Positions 29,580-37,577 of a DNA stretch of 64,000 bases are shown here, one piece after another. This stretch comes from Candidatus Uhrbacteria bacterium RIFCSPHIGHO2_02_FULL_46_47 (GTDB lineage: Bacteria; Patescibacteriota; Patescibacteriia; GWA2-47-26). The notes under the pieces are model-generated. The model was not told where the DNA came from. It ran no database searches and was given only the letters and a program-made list of their open reading frames with translations. Location: assembly GCA_001790815.1 (NCBI GenBank), contig MGDU01000010.1, positions 2,621 to 66,620 of the forward strand, read 5' to 3'. The position numbers and the translations under genes were made by a program. How positions within the stretch are numbered: position 1 is the stretch's first letter; each line of letters starts with the position of its first letter.

Positions 29580-30017
29580 CTACTGCGCCGCGGCGATTGA
29601 TGGCTTGAGCACGGCGCGGAAATCGCCAGTCGTAAATGGCTTGGGAATGAAGCCGGCGATGAGCGCCCTCAGCTCATCGGTTAGCAAGTGACTGTCAGCG
29701 CCCGACATCACGAACACTCGTAGATCTCTGTATTCCTTGAGTGCTTCAGCGACGATTGCACAGCCATTTTCACCATTGAGTCCGATGTCGCTTACCAGAA
29801 TATCAAATGGTTCGCCCTCTGCTTTGGCCTGCGCAAGTGCCGTACGGACTGCGCTTCCGAAGCCGTGCTCGCCCGCCTCAATGATGGTAACGACCGTGTA
29901 TCCGTCTGCCTCAAGGATACCCTCAAGGATGCGTAGGACTACTCTTGCCACCATCGGCTCATCATCTACAACGAGGATGTTTAGCAGTCTTTTTTCCACG
30001 TTTCCTCCAATGTACAA
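29580..30017 (-). CDS. single-domain response regulator (CheY-like receiver)
   Basis: VVDDEP..D..(acidic pocket), conserved T/S and K positions of REC domains. The gene and its 3' UTR are visibly more GC-rich than their surroundings. Confidence 0.75.
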   Translation of the reverse strand: MYIGGNVEKRLLNILVVDDEPMVARVVLRILEGILEADGYTVVTIIEAGEHGFGSAVRTALAQAKAEGEPFDILVSDIGLNGENGCAIVAEALKEYRDLRVFVMSGADSHLLTDELRALIAGFIPKPFTTGDFRAVLKPSIAAAQ

Positions 30018-30081
30018 GTCTGGCTCTATTTAAGCACACTAAGAAGAGTTTGTCAACTCTTCTTGTTTTGTTTTTGTATTA

Positions 30082-31017
30082 TTAAAGCCATTTTTTCTTT
30101 TTGAATATCCCAATTACCACAAGCGTGCCAAGCATCATCAGCCCAAGAATCGCCCAAAAATCATACAGTTTGCCAATAAGCGGTGTTGAATATGCAGGAA
30201 TAATGAAAAGATTGGAAAATAAAGTCAACCCCAAAAGAATAATGGAAAAAATTGTAAGCGTTTTCATGATATCATTCAGACGGAGCGAAAGCAGGGTAGA
30301 GTGAGTATCTTGCACTGCATCAATGGCGCTATTATATGTTTCAAGGTGATCCCAGATTTCTTTGGTGTGATCAATTAGACGATCATAGGTATGCAAAGAA
30401 TCGTCAGACACTTTCATGTAATGTGGTAAAAGATTTATGAGGCGTCGCAAGAGATCACGATGCGGCTGCATGGCCTTGCGAAAGGTGACAACATTATTTT
30501 TAAGGCGCAAGATTTCATAGACAGTTTCTTTGGTTCTGCCATGGAGTACTTTTGTGTGCAAAGTATCGATGTCATTTGAAATATGAAAGATCATGGGGAA
30601 GCAGGCATCAAAAAGCTCGTCAAGAAGCTGGGAAATAAAACGCGTTGGATCTGCCATAAGATCGTCGCGATGATCCGGTTTTAGCTCCAGGAGCTGGAAG
30701 AAATTTTTAAGGTCCATAAAACTATTTTCATGAACAGTAATAACCTTGTTTTTGAAAATGAAAAAATCAATTTCTTGCTGTTCTATTTCGCGAGTTTTTT
30801 GGTTAAAAAGCGGGAAAACAAAGATTGCAAAAATATACTTGCGATCAAGCCGCGGCACTACTTTGGGGCGCTGGATAGGCGGCAAACAATCCTTAAGATC
30901 AAGCGGGTGCAAATTATAGGCCTTTTCCAAGTATTGCAGTTCTTCCCCGCTCGTTTTAACCGCATTTATCCATTGATAGCGTTTTCCTTTCAGGGTGTGG
31001 ATAGTTGATGGCGTCAT
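30082..31017 (-). CDS. CorA/ZntB-like divalent cation transporter (divergent, no canonical GMN)
   Basis: About 250-aa cytoplasmic N-terminal domain plus two C-terminal TM helices (LTIFSIILLGLTLF..; WAILGLMMLGTLVVIGIF) and a KKKW tail, which is the CorA topology. The GMN motif is not seen. Confidence 0.45.
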   Translation of the reverse strand: MTPSTIHTLKGKRYQWINAVKTSGEELQYLEKAYNLHPLDLKDCLPPIQRPKVVPRLDRKYIFAIFVFPLFNQKTREIEQQEIDFFIFKNKVITVHENSFMDLKNFFQLLELKPDHRDDLMADPTRFISQLLDELFDACFPMIFHISNDIDTLHTKVLHGRTKETVYEILRLKNNVVTFRKAMQPHRDLLRRLINLLPHYMKVSDDSLHTYDRLIDHTKEIWDHLETYNSAIDAVQDTHSTLLSLRLNDIMKTLTIFSIILLGLTLFSNLFIIPAYSTPLIGKLYDFWAILGLMMLGTLVVIGIFKKKKWL

Positions 31018-31028
31018 AGATATATCTC

Positions 31029-31037
31029 ATTATAGCA
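31029..31037 (-). promoter_or_regulatory. extended -10 promoter (TGcTATAAT, minus strand) for the CorA-like gene
   Basis: Reverse complement of attatagca; ATG 11 nt downstream. Confidence 0.45.
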
Positions 31038-31042
31038 AACTA

Positions 31043-31051
31043 TGGTATACT
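31043..31051 (+). promoter_or_regulatory. extended -10 promoter (TGgTATACT, plus strand) upstream of family E repeats and the 31176 gene
   Basis: Divergent from the CorA-like promoter; places the family E hairpins in a 5' UTR. Confidence 0.4.
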
Positions 31052-31066
31052 TTACTAATTATTAAG

Positions 31067-31175
31067 GTAGTCGCCGCTCTTTAGGCGGCGCGCAGGCTAA
31101 AGACCTGCGGCTACATATGGCACAAGTAGTCGCCGCTCTTTAGGCGGCGCGCAGGCTAAAGACCTGCGGCTACAT
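31067..31175. repeat. two tandem 60-bp copies of the family E REP/BIME-like element
   Basis: gtagtcGCCGCtctttagGCGGCgcGCAGGctaaagaCCTGCggctacatatggcacaag x2; the second copy ends 2 nt before the ATG at 31176. Confidence 0.8.
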
Positions 31176-31652
31176 ATGGCACAAGAAGAAAAACCAAAAA
31201 TAGTCCCAACTGAACAACCGCCGGAAATAGAAAAAATTCCTGAAGCGCCAAAAGAGGCGCCTGTCCTTGAGGTTCCAATGGAACGTCCGCCTGCGGAAAA
31301 AGAATTGCCGGCAAAAGCGCCGCCGCCAATTGCGCCGGCAGTGTTGCCGCCGGCAGTACCAGCAGATCCAGTGCTTAAGCAAATTGAAACAATCCTTGCG
31401 GAGGATTTGGAAGAGGTTTATGCGCAACTTCCGCCAGAGCTTAAGCCAAAGTTTAAGGTCAAGGGCGAGGAAGTCGCGAGCGCAATTCGCACTATGATGG
31501 CAACTGCCAAGATTAAAGCGCGCAAAGTATTAAAGCTCATTGCGCAGTGGCTCAAAATTATTCCGGGTGTGAACAAATTTTTTCTGGAACAAGAAGCCGC
31601 GATCAAAGCGCAGAAAATTATGGCTGTCGCGCAGGAGGAGAAGGAAGTATGA
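31176..31652 (+). CDS. Pro/Ala/Glu/Lys-rich protein, hypothetical
   Basis: 158 aa; a low-complexity PEAPKE/PPAV N-terminal half, then a helical C-terminal half. Confidence 0.5.
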   Translation: MAQEEKPKIVPTEQPPEIEKIPEAPKEAPVLEVPMERPPAEKELPAKAPPPIAPAVLPPAVPADPVLKQIETILAEDLEEVYAQLPPELKPKFKVKGEEVASAIRTMMATAKIKARKVLKLIAQWLKIIPGVNKFFLEQEAAIKAQKIMAVAQEEKEV

Positions 31653-31732
31653 TGCCAATATACGAATTTCATGCCAATCTACAAATTGCAAATTCGTATT
31701 TGTAGATTTGAATAAGATTTGTAGATTTGCAT
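31652..31732. repeat. family F intergenic element (ATGCCAATCTACGAATTTCATGCCAATCTACAAAT...ATTTGTAGATTTGAATAAGATTTGTAGATTTGCAT)
   Basis: Contains four TTTGTAGATT/AATCTACAAA half-sites in inverted arrangement. Begins at the stop of the upstream gene and ends 8 nt before the next ATG; copies at 40973 and 48320. Confidence 0.75.
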
Positions 31733-31739
31733 TACATTT

Positions 31740-34286
31740 ATGCTACAGTTCGCAATCAATATCACTCCGCCGGAAATACCATCCGCCGGATTTATCACGG
31801 CAGGAATTATTGTGGGATTTTATGGTGGCATTATTGCGGCCGTATTTGCCGCGCGCGCGGCATTGCGCTTTTGGTATAAAAAAGCCATTGGGCTTAAAAA
31901 AACTATTCTTCTTGTAAGCGTGCCAAAGGAGGCCGCTGAGAAAAAATCAGAACTTGAAAAACAAAAAGCGCTCCAAGAGATTCAAGAGGATATCGCGGTC
32001 GGGGAAAAATTATTTGCCGCAATCGGCGGTCTGCGAGCGGAGCGTGGAATTATCGCTTGGTTTTTAGGGCGTTCTGATCTTTTTTCATTTGAGATTGTTG
32101 TGAAGGGCGGATTAATTTGGTTTTATGTCGCGACCCACCCCAAATATAAAGATTATGTTATACAGCAAATCCAAGCGTTGTATCACAATGCTCAAGTTGA
32201 AGAAGTTGAGGACTATAATATTTTTACTTCCAAAGGCGCGATTGCCGGCGGCTATCTCACGCTTAAGCGTCCAACACTTTTTCCACTCAAAACTTATCGC
32301 AAACTTGAAGCTGATCCGCTTGATGGCTTAGCAAACGCGCTTTCACGTATTGATAAAGCAGATGGCGCGGCTATTCAGTTTGTCGTACGCTCCGCGCGCA
32401 AAAAATGGCGCAAGTACGGCGCAAAAGTTGCTATTGAAATGCAAAAAGGAAAAAGCGCGCATGAGGCAATGGCATCTATTTCAATATTTAAAGGATTTAG
32501 CAAAGCGTTTAAGACCAGTAAAAAAGGCCCGGGTGGAGCGCCAGCTGAGGAGCAATCAAAAAGATTTTTGTCAGCCATGGAGCAGGAACAGCAAAAAGCA
32601 ATTCAGGAAAAAGCATCAAAAGCCGGGCTGGACATGAATATCCGGGTGATAACCGCGGCAAAAACCGGAACACAAGCGCATGAATATCTAAAAAATATAA
32701 TGAACGCGTTTGTGCAGTATGATTGGTTTGAGTATGGAAACAGTTTTGGGAAATCCTATCCGCGCTTAACTTCGTTTATTGCGCGCGATTTTATTTATCG
32801 CGGCTGGCGTCAAAAGCGCCGCGTAACACTGGGCGCGGAAGAGGCGGCCTCGGTTTGGCATTTGCCGCTGCCTACCACTGAGACGCCGAATATCCGCTGG
32901 CTTCTCGCGCGTAAAGCGCCTGCGCCGGTAAATGTCCCCAAAGAAGGAATTACACTTGGCTACAATCGCTACCGCGGCATTGATACAGTGATAAAACTCA
33001 AACGCGATGATCGCCGGCGGCATCTCTACATTATCGGTAAATCCGGAACAGGAAAATCTGTGTTTATTGAAAATCTGGCAATTCAGGATATTCGCGCTGG
33101 CGAAGGCGTATGTGTGGTGGATCCGCATGGTGATTTGATTGAGCATATTTTGGCCGCGGTGCCCAAAGAACGGATTGATGATGTGATTATTTTTGATCCT
33201 TCGGATTTGGAGCGGCCGGTGGGGCTTAATATGCTGGAGGCAAAAGACGAAGGCACTAAGGATTTTGCCGTGCAGGAAATGATCGCGATTTTTTACAAAC
33301 TATTTCCTCCAGAAATGATTGGTCCGATGTTTGAACATAATATGCGCAATGTGATGCTCACGCTCATGTCAGATCCCAATGAAAATGGCACCATTGCGGA
33401 AATCCCGCGCATGTTTTCCGACGCGGATTATCAAAAGTTCTGGGTGGCCAAGCTTAAAGATCCGGTAGTGCGCGCGTTTTGGGAAAAAGAAATGGCAAAA
33501 ACCAGCGATTTTCATAAATCAGAAATGCTTGGTTACTTAATTTCAAAAGTCGGTCGATTTGTGGAAAACGCGATGATGCGCAATATTATTGGCCAGCAAA
33601 ACTCCGGCTTTGATATTCGCGAAGTCATGGATAAAAAGAAAGTGCTTTTGGTAAATCTTGCCAAAGGAAAAACCGGAGAGGTGAACTCCAATTTGCTCGG
33701 GCTTATTATTGTATCAAAACTGCAGATGGCGGCTCTTGGCCGCGCGGATTTGCCAGAGGCGGAGCGGCACGATTTTTATCTTTATATTGATGAGTTTCAA
33801 AACTTTATTACTGATTCTATTGCCACGATTTTATCTGAGGCGCGCAAATACCGTTTGTGTCTTATTATCGCGCACCAATATATGGGACAACTGTCTGGCG
33901 GAAAAGAAGGCGGACAAGATACCAAGATTCGTGATGCCGTGCTTGGAAATGCCGGGACCATGTCGTCATTTCGCATCGGCGTTGAAGACGCGGAAGTTAT
34001 GGCAAAAGAATTCGCGCCGGTATTTAATGAGTATGACATGATCAACATTGAGCAATATACGGCATACATAAAATTGTTGGTGGACAATCAATCAACCAGG
34101 CCGTTTAATATGCACACTTATCCGCCCATAAAAGGCGATCCAAAAATTGCCGAAGCAATAAAACAACTTTCGCGCCTGAAATACGGCCGCGATCGCGCGA
34201 TTGTGGAAGCAGAGATTTTGGAACGCTCGCAGTTGGGCGAGCCGGAGCGAACTGCCGGACCTTTGGTAGGGGAGCGCGGATTATGA
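31740..34286 (+). CDS. membrane-anchored FtsK/HerA-superfamily P-loop ATPase (DUF87/TraG-VirD4-like)
   Basis: N-terminal TM (ITAGIIVGFYGGIIAAVFAA), Walker A YIIGKSGTGKSVF, HerA/DUF87-type VVDPHGDL motif, Walker B LYIDEFQNF; 848 aa. Confidence 0.55.
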   Translation: MLQFAINITPPEIPSAGFITAGIIVGFYGGIIAAVFAARAALRFWYKKAIGLKKTILLVSVPKEAAEKKSELEKQKALQEIQEDIAVGEKLFAAIGGLRAERGIIAWFLGRSDLFSFEIVVKGGLIWFYVATHPKYKDYVIQQIQALYHNAQVEEVEDYNIFTSKGAIAGGYLTLKRPTLFPLKTYRKLEADPLDGLANALSRIDKADGAAIQFVVRSARKKWRKYGAKVAIEMQKGKSAHEAMASISIFKGFSKAFKTSKKGPGGAPAEEQSKRFLSAMEQEQQKAIQEKASKAGLDMNIRVITAAKTGTQAHEYLKNIMNAFVQYDWFEYGNSFGKSYPRLTSFIARDFIYRGWRQKRRVTLGAEEAASVWHLPLPTTETPNIRWLLARKAPAPVNVPKEGITLGYNRYRGIDTVIKLKRDDRRRHLYIIGKSGTGKSVFIENLAIQDIRAGEGVCVVDPHGDLIEHILAAVPKERIDDVIIFDPSDLERPVGLNMLEAKDEGTKDFAVQEMIAIFYKLFPPEMIGPMFEHNMRNVMLTLMSDPNENGTIAEIPRMFSDADYQKFWVAKLKDPVVRAFWEKEMAKTSDFHKSEMLGYLISKVGRFVENAMMRNIIGQQNSGFDIREVMDKKKVLLVNLAKGKTGEVNSNLLGLIIVSKLQMAALGRADLPEAERHDFYLYIDEFQNFITDSIATILSEARKYRLCLIIAHQYMGQLSGGKEGGQDTKIRDAVLGNAGTMSSFRIGVEDAEVMAKEFAPVFNEYDMINIEQYTAYIKLLVDNQSTRPFNMHTYPPIKGDPKIAEAIKQLSRLKYGRDRAIVEAEILERSQLGEPERTAGPLVGERGL

Positions 34287-34906
34287 TTCTTCTAACAGTT
34301 TTTTACGGTGTTTTCCTTTTGGGAATTGGTTTTTTAGGTTTTTCCATGCTTTCGAGTTTGCGCGCGGAGGCGCCGTATGTTCCAACCGGAAGGCGAGATT
34401 TGAAAAAAATCCTGGAAGCGGCGGAAATTAAACCCGGCGAAGTATTTTATGATTTAGGAAGCGGTGATGGCCGTGCTGTGCGCGCGGCGGCGCGTTTGGG
34501 TGCGCGCGCTGTGGGATTTGAACAGTCGTGGTTGCTGGTTTGGTGGTCGCGGCTGTGGTGGCGCACTGCCACCACCCGGCAGTGTGGATTCGGAAGGAAC
34601 GCAAGGGTCCTCTTTCGGCCTTCGGCCTGCAGACGCTCCCAATCCTTCCTCACCACACCGCCGAGCGTTGGCAGTGCTTCTTTTTTAAAAAAGAATTATT
34701 TACGGGAAAATTTGTCTGATGCGGATGTGATTTTTTGTTATTTAATGCCCAAAGCCATGGAACATTTGAAGGAAAAATTTGAAACCGAACTTAAGCCCGG
34801 TACGCGTATTTTTTCCCGTGCTTTTAAAATTCCGGGCTGGACGCCGCAGGCGCGTTTACAGTTTTCCCGCCGCGCCCCGCCGGTGTATGTGTATGTGAAA
34901 GAGTAG
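34283..34906 (+). CDS. class I SAM-dependent methyltransferase (with internal palindrome-rich insertion)
   Basis: Motif I VFYDLGSGDGRAVRAAARLGARAVGFE. The central about 50 aa (WWSRLWWRTATTRQCGFGRNARVLFRPSACRRS) are encoded by GC-rich hairpin DNA (34530-34680) and look inserted. Confidence 0.5.
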   Translation: MILLTVFYGVFLLGIGFLGFSMLSSLRAEAPYVPTGRRDLKKILEAAEIKPGEVFYDLGSGDGRAVRAAARLGARAVGFEQSWLLVWWSRLWWRTATTRQCGFGRNARVLFRPSACRRSQSFLTTPPSVGSASFLKKNYLRENLSDADVIFCYLMPKAMEHLKEKFETELKPGTRIFSRAFKIPGWTPQARLQFSRRAPPVYVYVKE

Positions 34907-34956
34907 CACACATTGCAAAATGGGAGACGTTGCGATGCGTTGAAAATATGCAAAAA

Positions 34957-34998
34957 CCGTGATTGTCAACTATTCACGATCGTGATAAACTGACAAGC
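34957..34998. promoter_or_regulatory. nested palindromic operator-like site (TGATTGTCA..TCACGATCGTGA..TGACAAGCA) immediately upstream of wHTH/Cas2-like paralog 2
   Basis: Ends 1 nt before the ATG at 35000. Confidence 0.55.
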
Positions 34999-34999
34999 A

Positions 35000-35620
35000 G
35001 TGAAGCACCCCAAAATTGAGCAAAAAAATATGAGTCTGAAATTAAAACTAAAACAGTGGGAAATTTCACTGTTGGAATGGGAACTTGCGCATCCTCAGGA
35101 AGAGAGTGTGCATGTGTCGCGTACTCGCAAGTGGACAAGCACTGGGCTTGGCCCCGAAGTCTATGCCGCGGAGCAACGCTATTGGACGCGCAAGAAATTG
35201 GTGGCCAAGCAAAAAATGCTTGCCCAGCGCCTCGCATACCTAAAGCGACATCATTATTTGGAGCGCGTTAAGGAAGCGGATCACACTTTTGAAAAACTGA
35301 CCGCGCGCGGAAAGTTTGAAGTATTGCGCCTTCAGTTCGCGCTGCATATGCAGGCACAGCGTCACAAACCATGGAATGGAAAATTTTATTTGGTGGTATT
35401 TGATATTCCGGAAACAATGCGCCGATATCGCGATTTTTTCCGAAAACTGCTGAAAAGCAACGGTTTTAAGTTCTTGCAGTTGAGCGTGTGGATGACGCGC
35501 TATGACCCGCGCCCGGCGCTTGACGATATAGTGCGTTATCTAAAATTGCAGATACATTATGAACTAATGGAAATTGATTGCGGCGGTTGCAGCCCGCGCG
35601 TGCAACGGAAGATTAGGTAG
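35000..35620 (+). CDS. winged-helix + Cas2-like domain protein, paralog 2
   Basis: C-terminal KFYLVVFDIPETMRRYRDFFRKLLKSNGFKFLQLSVWM (Cas2-like core); N-terminal Lys-rich plus a wHTH-like segment. Confidence 0.6.
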   Translation: MKHPKIEQKNMSLKLKLKQWEISLLEWELAHPQEESVHVSRTRKWTSTGLGPEVYAAEQRYWTRKKLVAKQKMLAQRLAYLKRHHYLERVKEADHTFEKLTARGKFEVLRLQFALHMQAQRHKPWNGKFYLVVFDIPETMRRYRDFFRKLLKSNGFKFLQLSVWMTRYDPRPALDDIVRYLKLQIHYELMEIDCGGCSPRVQRKIR

Positions 35621-35642
35621 TTTGTGCGAAAATCTCCAAAAA

Positions 35643-35687
35643 TGTGATTGTCAAATACTCACGATCGTGATAAACTGACAATCAGTG
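35643..35687. promoter_or_regulatory. nested palindrome TGATTGTCA-N21-TGACAATCA with central TCACGATCGTGA (direct repeat of the 34957 site)
   Basis: tgattgtcaaatactcacgatcgtgataaactgacaatca. Confidence 0.55.
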
Positions 35688-35732
35688 CCGCATGTGATTT
35701 GCGAGTTTTTGTGACAGGATAAAAAACTTTCT

Positions 35733-35768
35733 AAATTAAAAGAAGCGCGTCCTGCGAAGCAGGCGCGC
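35733..35768 (-). terminator. rho-independent terminator (minus strand) for the AIRS-family gene
   Basis: Minus-strand GGCGCGCCTGC-ttc-GCAGGACGCGC followed by TTCTTTTAATTT. Confidence 0.5.
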
Positions 35769-35780
35769 CTAGAAACCTTC

Positions 35781-36896
35781 TTAACGAACGCCCAAGGTTG
35801 AACCGTCGTACTCCAGTCCCTTGGGTTGGATGACCACTTTCTTTTCTTCGCCGCGCTTTTCGATGTGGCCGGCGCGCATGGCTTTGAAATCGCACTGCTC
35901 GGCAAGTGTGATTACCTGTTCCACATCGGCCGTTGGTACATAAAGCGCAAAACCCGCGCCCATGTTGAAGTTGCCGTACATCTCTGTGTCGTTTACCGGA
36001 CCGCACTCCTGGATGAAGCGAAAGATCGGCTGGGGTTCCGGGATTTTTTCCAGCAGATACACGAACGGTTCGCGCGCGCGCATGAGCTTGCGCCAGCCGT
36101 GTCCGGTGATGTTCACCGTGTAGTGTATACTCACGCCATGGTTGAGGCAATCCTCAACAAGTGCGACGTAGATGTATGTCGGATCCAGCAGTGCCTCACC
36201 GTATGTCCGCCCATCAGGAAGCTGAGTGAGATATCCTTCGGGCAAATTGTCGGCAATCGTCCGCGCCATCGTGAGGCCGTTCGCGTGAATCCCGGAACTC
36301 TCGACAAGAACGATCGCGTCGCCGTGTTGGATTTTGCTCGGTGTGATGAGTCGTTCTTTAGGCTGCACCAGGCCGATCGCCGAACCGGAAAGTACCACTG
36401 CTTCGGGTACCACTACACCCTTGAGTGTTGGTGTTTCACCGCCGCCCCAGACACAGCGGGCGAGTATGCACGCTTGTTTCCATCCATGGATTAGATCACT
36501 ACAACGTCGCGTGTCTTGGAACCAATCGGACGCGCCAACCGCAAGATGCATCGCCACCGAAAGCGGCAGAGCACCAAGCGTGATCATATCGTTTACGATC
36601 ATCGCCACAGTGTCCTGTGCAATCTGGTCGTAATAGGACTTGCCGGTGAGTTTGTACATCGCGTCGGCAACGAGATTCTTCGTACCCAGCCCTTCCTCAA
36701 CATGGGCAAGGAAACGGTCACCGGCGTCGATGAGGTACGCGCTCTCACCGCGACTCATTAGAACTTCCGATAAACCGAGTCGAGCGACGTTGATTGCTGT
36801 TTCCATCGCGGCAAGTTGTGCCTCGCGCTTGAACGGATCCATGGCATCGTAGTCCACACCTGTACCGGCGTAGGTTATTGCCTGTTTCTCGCTCAT
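35781..36896 (-). CDS. AIR synthase-related (PurM-like) ATP-binding protein
   Basis: N-terminal YAGTGVDYDAMDP resembles the PurM N-terminus (YKDAGVDIDAGN); two-domain PurM/ThiL/HypE-family layout; 371 aa. Confidence 0.55.
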   Translation of the reverse strand: MSEKQAITYAGTGVDYDAMDPFKREAQLAAMETAINVARLGLSEVLMSRGESAYLIDAGDRFLAHVEEGLGTKNLVADAMYKLTGKSYYDQIAQDTVAMIVNDMITLGALPLSVAMHLAVGASDWFQDTRRCSDLIHGWKQACILARCVWGGGETPTLKGVVVPEAVVLSGSAIGLVQPKERLITPSKIQHGDAIVLVESSGIHANGLTMARTIADNLPEGYLTQLPDGRTYGEALLDPTYIYVALVEDCLNHGVSIHYTVNITGHGWRKLMRAREPFVYLLEKIPEPQPIFRFIQECGPVNDTEMYGNFNMGAGFALYVPTADVEQVITLAEQCDFKAMRAGHIEKRGEEKKVVIQPKGLEYDGSTLGVR

Positions 36897-37037
36897 AGTC
36901 GCACTCTTTCTCCTACTTGTGCGTGGATTTGAGTCAATGATCTACTAGCCAGCCCCATGATATTAACATAATTCCTTACAGTTGCAAAATGCGTGGTGCC
37001 GTGGTACGCTGTAAATAGACAAATACCCATACAAAAT

Positions 37038-37574
37038 ATGCCAAACAAAAATGATGAGCTTGCCTTACAGCTTGCGGAATTTCGAAAAAAAATTGATGCG
37101 GCGCAGAAGATGATGGAGCAGGGCGATGTAGAGCAAGCTGAGGCATTCATAGCTGATTTGCGCGCGCACAGTCATGCCACGCAACCCACCCCAGTGCCGG
37201 ATGGGAGTCGTATAATTGAAGGCGTGTTTGACGGACAGCGCATGATTGGCGCGGACGGAAAACAGTATTTAGTGCCGCCAAATTATGCGTCGAAGTCAAA
37301 GTTGGTGGAGGGTGATATGATGAAGCTCTCTATAACTTTGCAAGGCGCGTTTATTTATAAACAAATCGGACCTATTGAGCGCAAACGAGTGGCATGCACG
37401 CTCACCAAAGATGGCGAGGGATTGTGGCATGCAACTGATGGCGTGCATGAATGGCGCCTTTTGACTGCGGCAGTAACATTTTTTAAAGGCAAAGCCGGAG
37501 ATGAGGTAATTATTTTCTTGCCAGGCGATGCTCCCTCAAAATGGGCAGCAGTGGAAAACATTATTGCAAAATAA
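37038..37574 (+). CDS. hypothetical protein
   Basis: 178-aa ORF; start moved to the Met after the promoter-like region (ORF track 36993). Confidence 0.45.
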   Translation: MPNKNDELALQLAEFRKKIDAAQKMMEQGDVEQAEAFIADLRAHSHATQPTPVPDGSRIIEGVFDGQRMIGADGKQYLVPPNYASKSKLVEGDMMKLSITLQGAFIYKQIGPIERKRVACTLTKDGEGLWHATDGVHEWRLLTAAVTFFKGKAGDEVIIFLPGDAPSKWAAVENIIAK

Positions 37575-37577
37575 TCT

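Noticed and set aside
36993-37037. Upstream extension of the 37038 ORF (MVPWYAVNRQIPIQN)
   Set aside because: It would overlap the divergent promoter region of the AIRS-family gene. The downstream Met follows a promoter-like TGgTACGCT and was preferred, though both remain possible.
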